Below, one piece after another: positions 18,553-28,325 of a stretch of DNA of 64,000 nucleotides. Numbering within the stretch: position 1 is the stretch's first letter; each line of letters opens with the position of its first letter. The notes beneath the pieces were generated by a model. That model had not been told where the DNA came from and did no database searches. It was given only the letters and a program-made list of their open reading frames with translations. The position numbers were made by a program, and so were the translations under genes. The stretch spans positions 37,454 through 101,453 of the forward strand of contig JANXCC010000004.1 in the NCBI GenBank assembly GCA_025060395.1, read 5' to 3'. Source of the DNA: Candidatus Bipolaricaulota bacterium (GTDB lineage: Bacteria > Bipolaricaulota > Bipolaricaulia > RBG-16-55-9 > DRXL01).

Positions 18553-19299
18553 ATGCACGAAGCATTTGAGTATCTTGAGGCAGGTCAAGGGCCGGCCGTT
18601 CTGTTGCTTCATGGGCTCTTTGGAGGGCCAGAGAACTGGGCACCCTGCATCCCACTCCTTGCCTCAGACTTCCACGTCTTAGCTCTTAAATTCCCTCTCG
18701 ACGGTTCCATGGCTCTCACCTCGCTGCAGACGCTGACAGAATTTGTCAAGGCATTTTTAGATGCCAAGGGGATCGAACAAGTAGCCCTCTGCGGCAACTC
18801 CTTGGGAGGTCATGTAGCGCTCGACTTCTGCTTGAAATATCCCCACCGAGTGACTAAGCTCATCTTAGCAGGCAGTGCTGGGCTCTACGAACGCCATCTC
18901 TCTGATGGCTCCTTGCCCAAACCCAATAAAGACTTTATTCGCGAGCAGGCCCAAAAGATCTTCTTCGACAAGCGCCATATCAATGAAGACCTCATCGATC
19001 GAGTCTATCATCAGCTTCAGGACCGTCAGTACGTGCGTTTTCTCATCCGCGTTGCCAAACTCACAAGAGACTACAGAATGGATAATGAGCTTGCGAAGGT
19101 CCAGGTGCCTACTTTGCTCATCTGGGGTGCTCAAGACGAGGTTACTCCACCCAGCGTAGCTTATCAATTTCAGAAGCATCTCCCCAAGGCAACCCTGATC
19201 TTCTTGGACCGATGCGGCCACGCCCCTCCCATCGAACATCCAGAGCGATTCAGTCAGGCGGTGCGCGAGTTTCTGCTGTCCACGCCTGCTGCTGTCTAG
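18553..19299 (+). CDS. alpha/beta-fold hydrolase
   Basis: ATG 18553 with AAGGAGG. HGLFGG oxyanion region, GNSLGG nucleophile elbow, C-terminal CGH. Confidence 0.8.
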   Translation: MHEAFEYLEAGQGPAVLLLHGLFGGPENWAPCIPLLASDFHVLALKFPLDGSMALTSLQTLTEFVKAFLDAKGIEQVALCGNSLGGHVALDFCLKYPHRVTKLILAGSAGLYERHLSDGSLPKPNKDFIREQAQKIFFDKRHINEDLIDRVYHQLQDRQYVRFLIRVAKLTRDYRMDNELAKVQVPTLLIWGAQDEVTPPSVAYQFQKHLPKATLIFLDRCGHAPPIEHPERFSQAVREFLLSTPAAV

Positions 19300-19343
19300 G
19301 GAGCCCCTGTGGCGTTGGGAGGAAGGATCAGCTAGCATAAGCT

Positions 19344-19913
19344 ATGCGTATCGTTGGCGGGCGCTTGAGCGGCCGTCCCTTGCTCGAGCCTACACCCAGA
19401 ATGAAGAAGTTCTTGCGTCCTATGCGCGAGGCCGTGCGCGCTGCGCTCTTTGATATCCTCGGGGACTCGGTGATCGAGGCGCGCTTTCTCGATCTCTTTG
19501 CGGGGACTGGGAGCATCGGGCTTGAAGCCCTCAGCCGCGGTGCGCGCTCGTGTGTCTTCGTCGAGATCTCCGAGGAAGCCTGCCAGATCATCCGAAAAAA
19601 CATAGAGAATCTTGGGCTCTCCGCACAGACGAGACTCTATCAGCTCGATGTGCTCAAAGCGATCGAGTACTTCCATCGTCAGGGAGAGCAATTCGATCTT
19701 GTCTTCCTCGGGCCGCCTTATGGGAAAGAGCTCGCCCATAAGACCTTGAGCCATCTTGCCGCTCATCCTATCACGACTCCAGGAGCGCTTGTCGTCACCG
19801 AGGTCTTCAAGAAAGAGTCAGTTCAACCTGAGTACGGTCTTTTAAGGTCCTTTGACGTGCGCACCTATGGGGACAATCGCCTTTGGTTTTACCGATGGGG
19901 TGATTTCCAGTAA
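19344..19913 (+). CDS. rsmD: 16S rRNA (guanine966-N2)-methyltransferase
   Basis: RPMREAVRAALFDIL, LDLFAGTGSIGLEALSRGA, FLGPPY. Confidence 0.85.
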   Translation: MRIVGGRLSGRPLLEPTPRMKKFLRPMREAVRAALFDILGDSVIEARFLDLFAGTGSIGLEALSRGARSCVFVEISEEACQIIRKNIENLGLSAQTRLYQLDVLKAIEYFHRQGEQFDLVFLGPPYGKELAHKTLSHLAAHPITTPGALVVTEVFKKESVQPEYGLLRSFDVRTYGDNRLWFYRWGDFQ

Positions 19914-19939
19914 AATACGAGGGGAAAGGGGGAGATTTG

Positions 19940-20278
19940 ATGAAGCGAGAGTTAACGTTCGTCTTGGGGTCGGTGGCGTTCTTGGTGGCGTTAGTGATCG
20001 GGGTGCAGGTCCTGTGGCAGACGGCGCAGAGCCAACCGCAAATCCCCAATGAGCTGGTTGTGCGCCCGTTTGTGGAGATCAAATTCGAGTCTCCTTCAGA
20101 TTGGAAGAGCGAGATGCGCGGGAGCTGCGTCGCTTACATCCCCAAGGGAGGGCGTGTCGCGAAAGTGACGGTCACGCGCTCCGATGGCACTCGTATAGAT
20201 CATCAAGTCGCTTCGACAGGCTCTGTCGTGGTCTGCGAGAACATCGTCCATGTCGATACAGTAGGGCGAGGGTTCTAA
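19940..20278 (+). CDS. hypothetical small exported protein
   Basis: MKRELTFVLGSVAFLVALVIGVQVLWQTAQS/QPQ... looks like a signal peptide. GGGGGAG precedes ATG 19940. Confidence 0.55.
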   Translation: MKRELTFVLGSVAFLVALVIGVQVLWQTAQSQPQIPNELVVRPFVEIKFESPSDWKSEMRGSCVAYIPKGGRVAKVTVTRSDGTRIDHQVASTGSVVVCENIVHVDTVGRGF

Positions 20279-20292
20279 GAATCTATTAAGGG

Positions 20293-21129
20293 ATGATGCG
20301 CATGAATCGGATCTTCGTCATTGTGGGCATTGCCTTGCTCGCGATGGCCGGCTTGGTGCTCTTCTACACAACTCGTGGGCCTCAACCACGCGAGGGCGCG
20401 GTCAGCGTCGTACAGATCTCGGACGATATTCACGTCTATAGCTATAAAGTGCTGAAAGCTTTTCCTCATGATCCCCAAGCGTTTACCCAGGGCTTGGTCT
20501 ACTACAAAGACGATATTCTCTATGAAGGAACGGGAATGTGGGGGGAGTCATCGCTGCGAAAAGTAGATCTTCTGACGGGCAATGTCTTACAGATTCATCG
20601 GCTCCCCAATGAGATCTTCGGCGAGGGGATCACTCTCTGGAACGATACAATCATTCAGTTGACCTGGCAGCACCGCAAGGGCTTCGTCTACGACCGCGAG
20701 ACGTTCACGCTGCTGAGAGAGTTTTATTATCCGACGGAGGGCTGGGGGATCACCCACGATGGCCGGCGCTTGATCATGAGCGATGGCTCGGCGACGCTCT
20801 TTGTCTGGGATCCGGAGACATTTCAAGAAATCGGGCGCATCGAGGTCCGAGACGACAATGGCCCAGTCGTACGCCTGAATGAGCTTGAGTACATTAACGG
20901 GCTGATCTATGCTAACGTCTGGCTGACGGATCGCATCGCGATCATTCAGCCGGAGACGGGGCGGGTCGTGGGCTGGATTGATCTCACAGGGTTGCTTAAG
21001 CCCGAAGATCGTCATGCCCGCGTCGACGTGCTCAACGGCATCGCGTACGATGCCCAGGGCGACCGGCTCTTTGTGACCGGCAAATATTGGCCCAAGCTCT
21101 TTCAGATTCAGATAACAAGGGGGAAGTAA
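20293..21129 (+). CDS. glutaminyl-peptide cyclotransferase (beta-propeller type)
   Basis: FTQGLVYYKDDILYEGTGMWGESSLRKVD, GEGITLWND, EGWGITHDG, NELEYINGLIYANVW. N-terminal TM anchor. Confidence 0.8.
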   Translation: MMRMNRIFVIVGIALLAMAGLVLFYTTRGPQPREGAVSVVQISDDIHVYSYKVLKAFPHDPQAFTQGLVYYKDDILYEGTGMWGESSLRKVDLLTGNVLQIHRLPNEIFGEGITLWNDTIIQLTWQHRKGFVYDRETFTLLREFYYPTEGWGITHDGRRLIMSDGSATLFVWDPETFQEIGRIEVRDDNGPVVRLNELEYINGLIYANVWLTDRIAIIQPETGRVVGWIDLTGLLKPEDRHARVDVLNGIAYDAQGDRLFVTGKYWPKLFQIQITRGK

Positions 21130-21290
21130 AGCCCCTTGATGGCTATTGCCTCTGGGTCAAGTGCTCTGATGGAACTGAGGGCGTCCCATCGCTCGTCTCA
21201 AACCTCTTCCCGCGTTGCTTTGTCGGCCCAGATGCGCTTGCCAAGCAGGGGAATCGACATGAAGGGCGCGGGTAGCTCTGTGAGAAATGA

Positions 21291-22706
21291 TCATCCACCA
21301 CCGCCCACGCCAGCGACAAAGCCCCCTTGCGTCATCTTGCGCACGTCTAAGATCTCGTCGAGCTTCTTTGGAGGCAAGAGCTTCATCTCCAGGACGACTT
21401 CGCGGATCGTCTTCCCTTCGGCCATCGCTCGCTTCACGACTTCGGCAGCCTTGTCGTAGCCGATATACGGGTTGAGCGCCGTCGCTAAGATCGCATTTTG
21501 ATGAGCGAGACGCTCCATCTGCTCGCGATTGGCAATAATGCCCGCAATGCATTTATCAGCGAAGACACGACACGCATTGCTCAAGATCGTGACAGCCTGC
21601 AAGAGATTGTGCGCGATCACGGGTAGAGCGACGTTCAGCTCAAAGTTCCCCGATGCCGCGGCTTGAGTGACGACGACGTCATTGCCCATCACTTGCATCG
21701 CGACCATCATGACGGCTTCGGGGATGACGGGATTGACCTTCCCCGGCATGATCGACGAACCAGGCTGGAGCGCGGGAAGCCGAATTTCTGCGAGGCCTGC
21801 TTGTGGGCCGGAGTTCATCCATCTCAAATCGTTGGCGATCTTGTAGAGCGCCACGGCTAAAGCTTTGAGCGCGCCGCTCAGCTCGACGGCGGTCTCCATC
21901 GTCGCTTGCGCCGCGAAGTGATTGCGCGTCTCTCTGAAAGTGATCTTTGTCTCCTGGGCGAGCGCTTGAGCAATTCTCTGACCAAATTCCGGATGGGTGT
22001 TGATTCCCGTGCCCACGGCCGTGCCCCCAAGCGCAAGTTCATAGAGTCTGGGTAAGACAGCTTCGATGCGCTCGCGTGCGAGCGCAATCTGTGTAGCGTA
22101 CCCGGAAAATTCCTGCCCCAGCGTGATGGGCATGGCGTCCATCAAATGGGTGCGCCCCGTCTTGACGATATCTGAGAATTCTCGTGCTTTCGCTTCGAGA
22201 GCTTTTTGAAGGTGCTCTAACGCCGGGAGAAGCTGCTCGTGCACGGCTAACGCTGCCGAGATGTGCACGCAGGCGGGGATGACGTCATTGGAAGACTGCC
22301 CCAAATTGACGTGATCGTTCGGATGCACGGCTGTTTTATCGCCGCGCTTGACGCCTAAAATCTCGCACGCGCGGTTGGCGATCACTTCGTTGGCGTTCAT
22401 ATTCGTCGAGGTGCCTGAACCCGTTTGGAAGATATCTATGGGGAAGTGTTCATCGAGCTTGCCATCGACGACCTCACGAGCGGCTTGCTCAATGGCTTTG
22501 GCATGGATCTCGTCGAGCAGCTTGAGCTGATAGTTGACTCTCGCCGCGCAGAGCTTGACTAACCCTAACGCCCGGATGAACGTACGAGGGAAGCGTATTC
22601 CGCTGATGGGAAAATTCTCGACAGCGCGCTGAGTCTGCGCGCCCCAGTAGGCGTCCTGTGGGACTTTCACTTCGCCGAGGGAGTCCTTCTCGATGCGATA
22701 GTTCAT
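21291..22706 (-). CDS. fumC: class II fumarate hydratase
   Basis: ATG 22706 with [24 protein letters not shown]... and the [11 protein letters not shown] signature. 471 aa. Confidence 0.95.
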   Translation of the reverse strand: MNYRIEKDSLGEVKVPQDAYWGAQTQRAVENFPISGIRFPRTFIRALGLVKLCAARVNYQLKLLDEIHAKAIEQAAREVVDGKLDEHFPIDIFQTGSGTSTNMNANEVIANRACEILGVKRGDKTAVHPNDHVNLGQSSNDVIPACVHISAALAVHEQLLPALEHLQKALEAKAREFSDIVKTGRTHLMDAMPITLGQEFSGYATQIALARERIEAVLPRLYELALGGTAVGTGINTHPEFGQRIAQALAQETKITFRETRNHFAAQATMETAVELSGALKALAVALYKIANDLRWMNSGPQAGLAEIRLPALQPGSSIMPGKVNPVIPEAVMMVAMQVMGNDVVVTQAAASGNFELNVALPVIAHNLLQAVTILSNACRVFADKCIAGIIANREQMERLAHQNAILATALNPYIGYDKAAEVVKRAMAEGKTIREVVLEMKLLPPKKLDEILDVRKMTQGGFVAGVGGGG

Positions 22707-22838
22707 AATAAATCTCCTCTCTTGTCTTTGAGCTACATAAAGAAGTATAAGTGAAATGCGGTCTGTCAGCAATGACACCAGGCAGACTTCAACTCTTGCT
22801 CGTGGTTTCGAGTATAATTGTTTTGGGAGGCAGCAAGC

Positions 22839-24389
22839 ATGGCAGTCCAGGCAGCTGCTACGGCGGAGAAGCCCTGGCTTACAGGGACTGTCACGATTCT
22901 CTTTAGCGATATCGAGGGCTTTACTGACTACACGGGGCGTGCGGGAGATGCGGCTGCTTACCAACTCTTGCAAGACCATAATGCTATCATTCGGGAAGAA
23001 CTCCAGCGTTATGGCGGGATAGAGGTCAAGACTCTTGGGGATGGATTTATGGCGGTCTTCTCCAGCGCACGCGCCGCAGTCCTCTGCGCTGTGCAAATAC
23101 AGAAGCGCCTCACTGAGTATGCCCAGCGCTATCCCGAAACGCCCCTGCGGGTGCGCATCGGGCTCCATGCGGGAGAGCCCATTGCTCGTGAGCAAGACTT
23201 TATCGGACAAGCCGTCAATATTGCCGCGCGCATCACTGCCTGTGCTCAAGGGAGCCAGATCTGGGTCTCCGATGTAGTGCGCCAATTGGTCGGCCATATA
23301 GAAGGGATTCGCTTTGAGGAGCGAGGCTGGAAGGATCTCAAAGGGGTGGCAGAGCGCCAGCATCTTTATGAAGTCATCTGGGAGGAGAGCTCATCAGCTC
23401 AGCCTCCTGAGCTCTCGTACTGGCTTAGGGAAGAAGAAGTCACGATTCGACAGCGCTGGCGTGGCCAAGCCCAGATCTTCATCCATCTGAAAGGCTGGCG
23501 CTTGTTATGGGCTAGCTTGCGATTGCTCTTCCGGCGCCGTCATCTTGCCATATTGGCTCCTTTTCTGACTACTATGATCATCTACTTCACGTTCAGCTAC
23601 TTTGCTTATGGCCCCCCTGTTCTGATAAAAGAACCTGCTACCCCTGCTCAAGAAGGCTCACAGCCACGTATCAGAGCGACGGTCAAGTTTGAACCACAAT
23701 TCCTTGAGAGCGTCCTTGAGATCCTCATCCTAGCTCTCATTAGCCCTCTGATCGCAGGCATTACGATCCGGATGGTGATGAATGCTGTAGAGCGACAGAA
23801 GCTCCTTCCTGTTCCCGAATTGCGCCAACTTATCCTAAAAAGATATGGAGGGCTGCTCAAGGCAAGCTTGGCTTACGTGGGGCTGAGCACTTTGGGAATC
23901 ATAGGGCCACCTTCTCTCGCGTATTATCTCGTTTTTCAGCCATTGGGGGTTCCCAACGATTGGCGGATGGTTCTGGGGCTTCTGCCTTTGGGTATACCAG
24001 GAGGGATAGCCTTTTTACGATGGGCTCTCTACCTGCACGCGACGCTTATAGAAGGGCGAGGGCCATGGGAGAGCCTCCGCTGGAGTTGGCACGCCACCCG
24101 AGGGAATGCGGGCGCAATCGCGGCTATAGCGTTCATCCCCTCCCTCGTAACTTTGCTTGTCTTCTCACCGTTGTATAATTTCATTACACTTGTCGTTCAA
24201 TTTACAAAAGATCAGCCGCTTCCTATAGCTGTGAAGGCTGCTTGGCAGTCGGGAGCAAATTTCGCATTTCACTATGAACCGCTGGTGATGCTGATCAACC
24301 CTTGGACGTGGGCGGCATTAACGCTGGCTTACTTGCAACTGCGTGAGGGGATGACGCGCTGGATTGCTCAACAATCGAGGAGGACGTGA
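22839..24389 (+). CDS. class III adenylate/guanylate cyclase domain fused to a C-terminal ~6-TM domain
   Basis: ATG 22839 with [28 protein letters not shown] and AVNIAARI in the first ~190 aa. About 6 hydrophobic spans after residue ~220. Confidence 0.8.
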   Translation: MAVQAAATAEKPWLTGTVTILFSDIEGFTDYTGRAGDAAAYQLLQDHNAIIREELQRYGGIEVKTLGDGFMAVFSSARAAVLCAVQIQKRLTEYAQRYPETPLRVRIGLHAGEPIAREQDFIGQAVNIAARITACAQGSQIWVSDVVRQLVGHIEGIRFEERGWKDLKGVAERQHLYEVIWEESSSAQPPELSYWLREEEVTIRQRWRGQAQIFIHLKGWRLLWASLRLLFRRRHLAILAPFLTTMIIYFTFSYFAYGPPVLIKEPATPAQEGSQPRIRATVKFEPQFLESVLEILILALISPLIAGITIRMVMNAVERQKLLPVPELRQLILKRYGGLLKASLAYVGLSTLGIIGPPSLAYYLVFQPLGVPNDWRMVLGLLPLGIPGGIAFLRWALYLHATLIEGRGPWESLRWSWHATRGNAGAIAAIAFIPSLVTLLVFSPLYNFITLVVQFTKDQPLPIAVKAAWQSGANFAFHYEPLVMLINPWTWAALTLAYLQLREGMTRWIAQQSRRT

Positions 24390-25207
24390 TGGAACGCATT
24401 CGGACTGCAGCCGTTGCCGGAAGTTTTTATCCCGCAAGCTCAGAGCGCCTGCGCAAGACTGTTGAGACGTTGCTCGCTCAAGCACAGCCTAAGACGCTCG
24501 AGGGCAAACTGCGAGGCCTGATCGTGCCCCATGCAGGGTATATCTACTCGGGGCCAATAGCCGCGACAGGGTATAAGCTCCTTCAGGACCTCTCCTCTAG
24601 CCCCTTGAAGGAAGGGGGCCAGGAGATGAGGTCTCTTTTGCTCGGTCCAGCGCATTATGTTTACTTCGTCGGCGCGGCCACTCTAGACTGCGACGCGTGG
24701 CAGACCCCGCTCGGTTTAATACAATCTGCAAGAGACTTGATCGCCCGTGCTCTAGAGTGTGGCGATCTTCAGAATAATCCCGCTGCCCACGTCCCAGAGC
24801 ATTCTCTAGAAGTACAGCTCCCCTTTGTGCAGACGGTGCTTCCCAACTGCGAGATCTTTCCGATCTTGACCGGCGAATGTGACTATCGCGAGCTGGCGCG
24901 CACCCTAAGCCCATATATTGATGACATAGATCTCGTCATCGTCAGCTCAGATCTGAGTCACTATTATCCCTATGAAGAAGCTCTTAAGCGCGACGCGCTC
25001 GCGCATCGAGCGATTGAACACTTCGATTTCGATCTGATGGAGGATCGCGTTGAAGCTTGCGGTAAGACAGCTATTTTGACGCTCATGCGGATCGCTAAAG
25101 AGCGGGGCTGGAAGGCCAAGCTCTTGAACTATCGTAACTCCGGAGACACAGCAGGGGATAAATTCCGTGTCGTGGGCTACGGGTGCTATGCGTTCTATGA
25201 GGAGTGA
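24389..25207 (+). CDS. AmmeMemoRadiSam system protein B (MEMO1-like)
   Basis: AAVAGSFYPAS...GLIVPHAGYIYSGPIAA. The ATG shares one base with the cyclase TGA. GAGGAGGA lies upstream. Confidence 0.85.
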   Translation: MERIRTAAVAGSFYPASSERLRKTVETLLAQAQPKTLEGKLRGLIVPHAGYIYSGPIAATGYKLLQDLSSSPLKEGGQEMRSLLLGPAHYVYFVGAATLDCDAWQTPLGLIQSARDLIARALECGDLQNNPAAHVPEHSLEVQLPFVQTVLPNCEIFPILTGECDYRELARTLSPYIDDIDLVIVSSDLSHYYPYEEALKRDALAHRAIEHFDFDLMEDRVEACGKTAILTLMRIAKERGWKAKLLNYRNSGDTAGDKFRVVGYGCYAFYEE

Positions 25208-25211
25208 AAAG

Positions 25212-26261
25212 ATGATCGTCACCCTAGCAGAGCTACTCGATGCGCGCACACGCCCAGGCGAACTCTACGAGAAGCTCGAAGAGAATAGAGTACGCTGCTA
25301 CGCGTGCGCCCATCGCTGCGTGATCTTTGATGGAAAACGGGGCATCTGCCAGGTGCGCTTTAATAGAGACGGAAAGCTCTACGTGCCCTGGGGCTATGTC
25401 AGCTCGCTAGGGCTCGACCCAATAGAGAAGAAGCCGTTCTATCACGTCTTGCCTGGCGCACGCACGCTCACCTTCGGGATGCTCGGATGCGATTTGCACT
25501 GTCCATACTGCCAGAACTGGGAGATCTCACAGACACTGCGAGACAGAAACGCTGGTGCCCTCCCGCATGACGTCACCCCAGAAAAGTTAGTCAGCCTCGC
25601 TCGGCGCTCCGGCGCGCGCGCTGTCATCAGCTCCTACAATGAGCCATTGATCACTTCAGAATGGGCCATCTCGGTCTTTCAAGAAGCCAAGAGATTTGGT
25701 CTGCTGACAGGCTACGTCTCCAACGGCAACGCGACGCGCGAGGTCTTGCAGTATCTGCGCCCATATCTCGACTGCTACAAGATAGACTTAAAGACCTTTC
25801 AAGACAAGAACTACCGTGTGCTTGGAGCAGTCTTGTCTAGAATCTTAGATGGCATCGGAATGGTGCACGACCTGGGCTTTTGGCTGGAGATTGTGACGCT
25901 AGTTGTCCCAGGGTTTAACGACTCCGACGATGAGCTGAGACAGATCGCGAAATTTTTAGTTTCAATATCGCCGGATATCCCTTGGCATGTGACGGCTTTT
26001 CACAAGGACTACAAGATGACTGACCCAGAGAATACCCCCGCGGGGACGCTCATTCGAGCAGCCCAGATCGGCTACGACGCAGGACTGCACTTCGTCTACA
26101 CGGGAAATCTCCCCGGCATGACCGGACGATTCGAGAACACCTACTGTCCAGGCTGTGGGGCGCTGCTCATCGAACGCTATGGCTTTGCCATCTTACAAAA
26201 CAGACTTCGCGATGGGCATTGCCCCGACTGCGGGCAGGCAATCCCGGGAGTATGGGCTTAA
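25212..26261 (+). CDS. AmmeMemoRadiSam system radical SAM enzyme
   Basis: CDLHCPYCQNW (CxxxCxxC), an N-terminal Cys cluster CYACAHRC and a C-terminal CPGCG...CPDCG. Confidence 0.85.
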   Translation: MIVTLAELLDARTRPGELYEKLEENRVRCYACAHRCVIFDGKRGICQVRFNRDGKLYVPWGYVSSLGLDPIEKKPFYHVLPGARTLTFGMLGCDLHCPYCQNWEISQTLRDRNAGALPHDVTPEKLVSLARRSGARAVISSYNEPLITSEWAISVFQEAKRFGLLTGYVSNGNATREVLQYLRPYLDCYKIDLKTFQDKNYRVLGAVLSRILDGIGMVHDLGFWLEIVTLVVPGFNDSDDELRQIAKFLVSISPDIPWHVTAFHKDYKMTDPENTPAGTLIRAAQIGYDAGLHFVYTGNLPGMTGRFENTYCPGCGALLIERYGFAILQNRLRDGHCPDCGQAIPGVWA

Positions 26262-28321
26262 GCGAGTGCTTCTGCGACGAGCTCAGCTATATCTTTGTTC
26301 TCGAACTCGGCATTCTTTGATTTAATGCCGTCTTCGAGCATGATCATGCAGAACGGACATGCACTAGCTACGAACTTTGCGCGACCGTTGGTCTGAGCTT
26401 GCGCGAACGCCTCCTGAGCTTGCTTGACTCGGAGTTCGTTGACGCGCTTGCCGGGCTCCTCTTCGAGCCACATCAGCCCGCCCCCTGCGCCGCAGCACAT
26501 GCCCCGTTCGCGATGGCGCTCCATCTCAATGAGCTTCACGCCCGAAATCTTTTTCAGAATATCTCTCGGCGCGTCAAAGATTCTGTTATAGCGCCCAAGA
26601 TAACACGAGTCGTGATACACAATCGTCGCGGGGATCTCTTTCATGAGCTTGAGCCGTCCATCTCTCAGCAATTGCGCGATCAGCTCCGTGTGATGGATGA
26701 CTTCGTACTGCCCACCAAGCGCAGGATACTCGTTCTTGAGCGTGTTGAAGCAGTGCGGGCAGATCGTGAGAATCTTCTTGACGTTATAGTTATTCAACGT
26801 CTCAATGTTCTGCTGGGCTAAGATCTGGAAGATATACTCATGGCCGATGCGGCGGGCGGGATCACCGGTGCAGCCCTCTTCTTCGCTGAGCACAGCGAAC
26901 TTTATTCCAGCGTGTTGCAAGATCTTGACGACGCTGCGAGCGATCTTTTGTGTTCGGGGATCAAACGACGCCGCGCACCCGACAAAGAAGAGATACTCAA
27001 AGTCTGGTCTGGGGTTGGACGCAGCTATCGTTGCAGCAACTGGCACATCGAGGCCCTTCATCCAGGCTAAACGTTCTGATGCGGGCATGTCCCAGGGGTT
27101 GCCACGCCCGTCCATCCCCTTGAAGACGTCAGTGAAGCCCGCAGGATATTTGTCTTGGATCATCACTTCGTTGCGGCGCAGCTCTAAAATCTTATTCAGG
27201 GGATCAATGAAGACTGGGCAGACCTCGACACACGCCATGCACGTTGTGCACGCCCAGATCTCTTCAGGCTTTATAGAGTACCCGATAATCTGTTTGTGCT
27301 CTTTAGGCTTGCCAAAAGCAGGAAACTCTTCATTAGCATGAGCGCGCAGTTCTAAAATGATCTCGCGCGGCGAGAGAATCTTCCCCGACAGATGTGCAGG
27401 GCAGTTCGCCTCGCAGCGCCCGCACTCGGTGCAACTTGCTAAATCCAAAAAGTCTTTGCGAGTTAAGTCTTTTAAAGTTTGAAAGCCCAAGACTTCGTTG
27501 CGCTCGAATGCGCCCTCAACGTCGAGGACTTCTAAGCGTCCGCGCGGACGCATCTCTTGAAAGAAAAGATTGACTCCTGCCGAGAGAATGTGCATCACCT
27601 TTGGAGCATAGGGCAAGTAGGCAATCCAGCCCAGTGCCAAAATCCCATGCGCCCACCAGAGAGCTAGATGCCAACTGCGCAGCGTCTCCACGGACGCCCC
27701 CTGCACCCATTGAGAGACAAAAAACCCCGCCCACGACCAGCGCGGATCGTAAGTCAGCTCCGACGCTGTCGCTGCCAAGCGCAAACCTTCGACGAGAAAG
27801 CCCGTCACCCCAATGAGCAAGAGCCATACGGGCAGCACTAGATCTAACGGCTTCCAGGTGAGCTGCGGCGGCTTGAGCCCATAGCGCCGGACCAGCGCCC
27901 AGATCAGTCCAGCAAGAAAGAGCACGCCCAACGTGTCCAAGATCAGCTCATACCCCAAGAAGAACGAGCCGACCCAAAAGCCATGTTTCATCCCTAAAAT
28001 CTTCTGAAAGAGATCGTACTCAATCGTGACGATCACCGTGCCGATGAAAAGCACGACGAAGCCCCACATGATGAGAAAGTGCATCACGCCAGCGGAGGCG
28101 TCATGACGCAGGATCGTTCTGTTGGCTGCGATGCTCACTAGGGCCGCGCCGAGCTTAGCCCAGAAGGGGCGCACGGTGAACGCTACTTTCTTGCCTTGAA
28201 GGATTCTGCGCACATGGGCATAGATACCATAGGCGAAGATCACAATAGCGATCAGGGCGATCAGATAGAAGATCAATTCGCCGAAGGACGAGATGTTCCA
28301 GAAGACTTTGCGTGTCGCCAC
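26258..28321 (-). CDS. membrane-bound Fe-S oxidoreductase (cytochrome-b-like TM domain + 2x[4Fe-4S] + two CCG domains; HdrD/GlpC/DsrMK-like)
   Basis: Five to six N-terminal TMs, CTECGRCEANCP, CTTCMACVEVCP, FFVGCAASF, MCCGAGGG. Confidence 0.8.
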   Translation of the reverse strand: MATRKVFWNISSFGELIFYLIALIAIVIFAYGIYAHVRRILQGKKVAFTVRPFWAKLGAALVSIAANRTILRHDASAGVMHFLIMWGFVVLFIGTVIVTIEYDLFQKILGMKHGFWVGSFFLGYELILDTLGVLFLAGLIWALVRRYGLKPPQLTWKPLDLVLPVWLLLIGVTGFLVEGLRLAATASELTYDPRWSWAGFFVSQWVQGASVETLRSWHLALWWAHGILALGWIAYLPYAPKVMHILSAGVNLFFQEMRPRGRLEVLDVEGAFERNEVLGFQTLKDLTRKDFLDLASCTECGRCEANCPAHLSGKILSPREIILELRAHANEEFPAFGKPKEHKQIIGYSIKPEEIWACTTCMACVEVCPVFIDPLNKILELRRNEVMIQDKYPAGFTDVFKGMDGRGNPWDMPASERLAWMKGLDVPVAATIAASNPRPDFEYLFFVGCAASFDPRTQKIARSVVKILQHAGIKFAVLSEEEGCTGDPARRIGHEYIFQILAQQNIETLNNYNVKKILTICPHCFNTLKNEYPALGGQYEVIHHTELIAQLLRDGRLKLMKEIPATIVYHDSCYLGRYNRIFDAPRDILKKISGVKLIEMERHRERGMCCGAGGGLMWLEEEPGKRVNELRVKQAQEAFAQAQTNGRAKFVASACPFCMIMLEDGIKSKNAEFENKDIAELVAEALA

Positions 28322-28325
28322 GGTG

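Noticed and set aside
22707-23363. A 219-codon N-terminal extension of the fumC ORF; the track ORF 21291..23363 is 690 aa.
   Set aside because: FumC homology begins at MNYRIEKD (ATG 22706 with an SD). The extension has odd composition and lies antisense to the well-supported cyclase gene (22839..).
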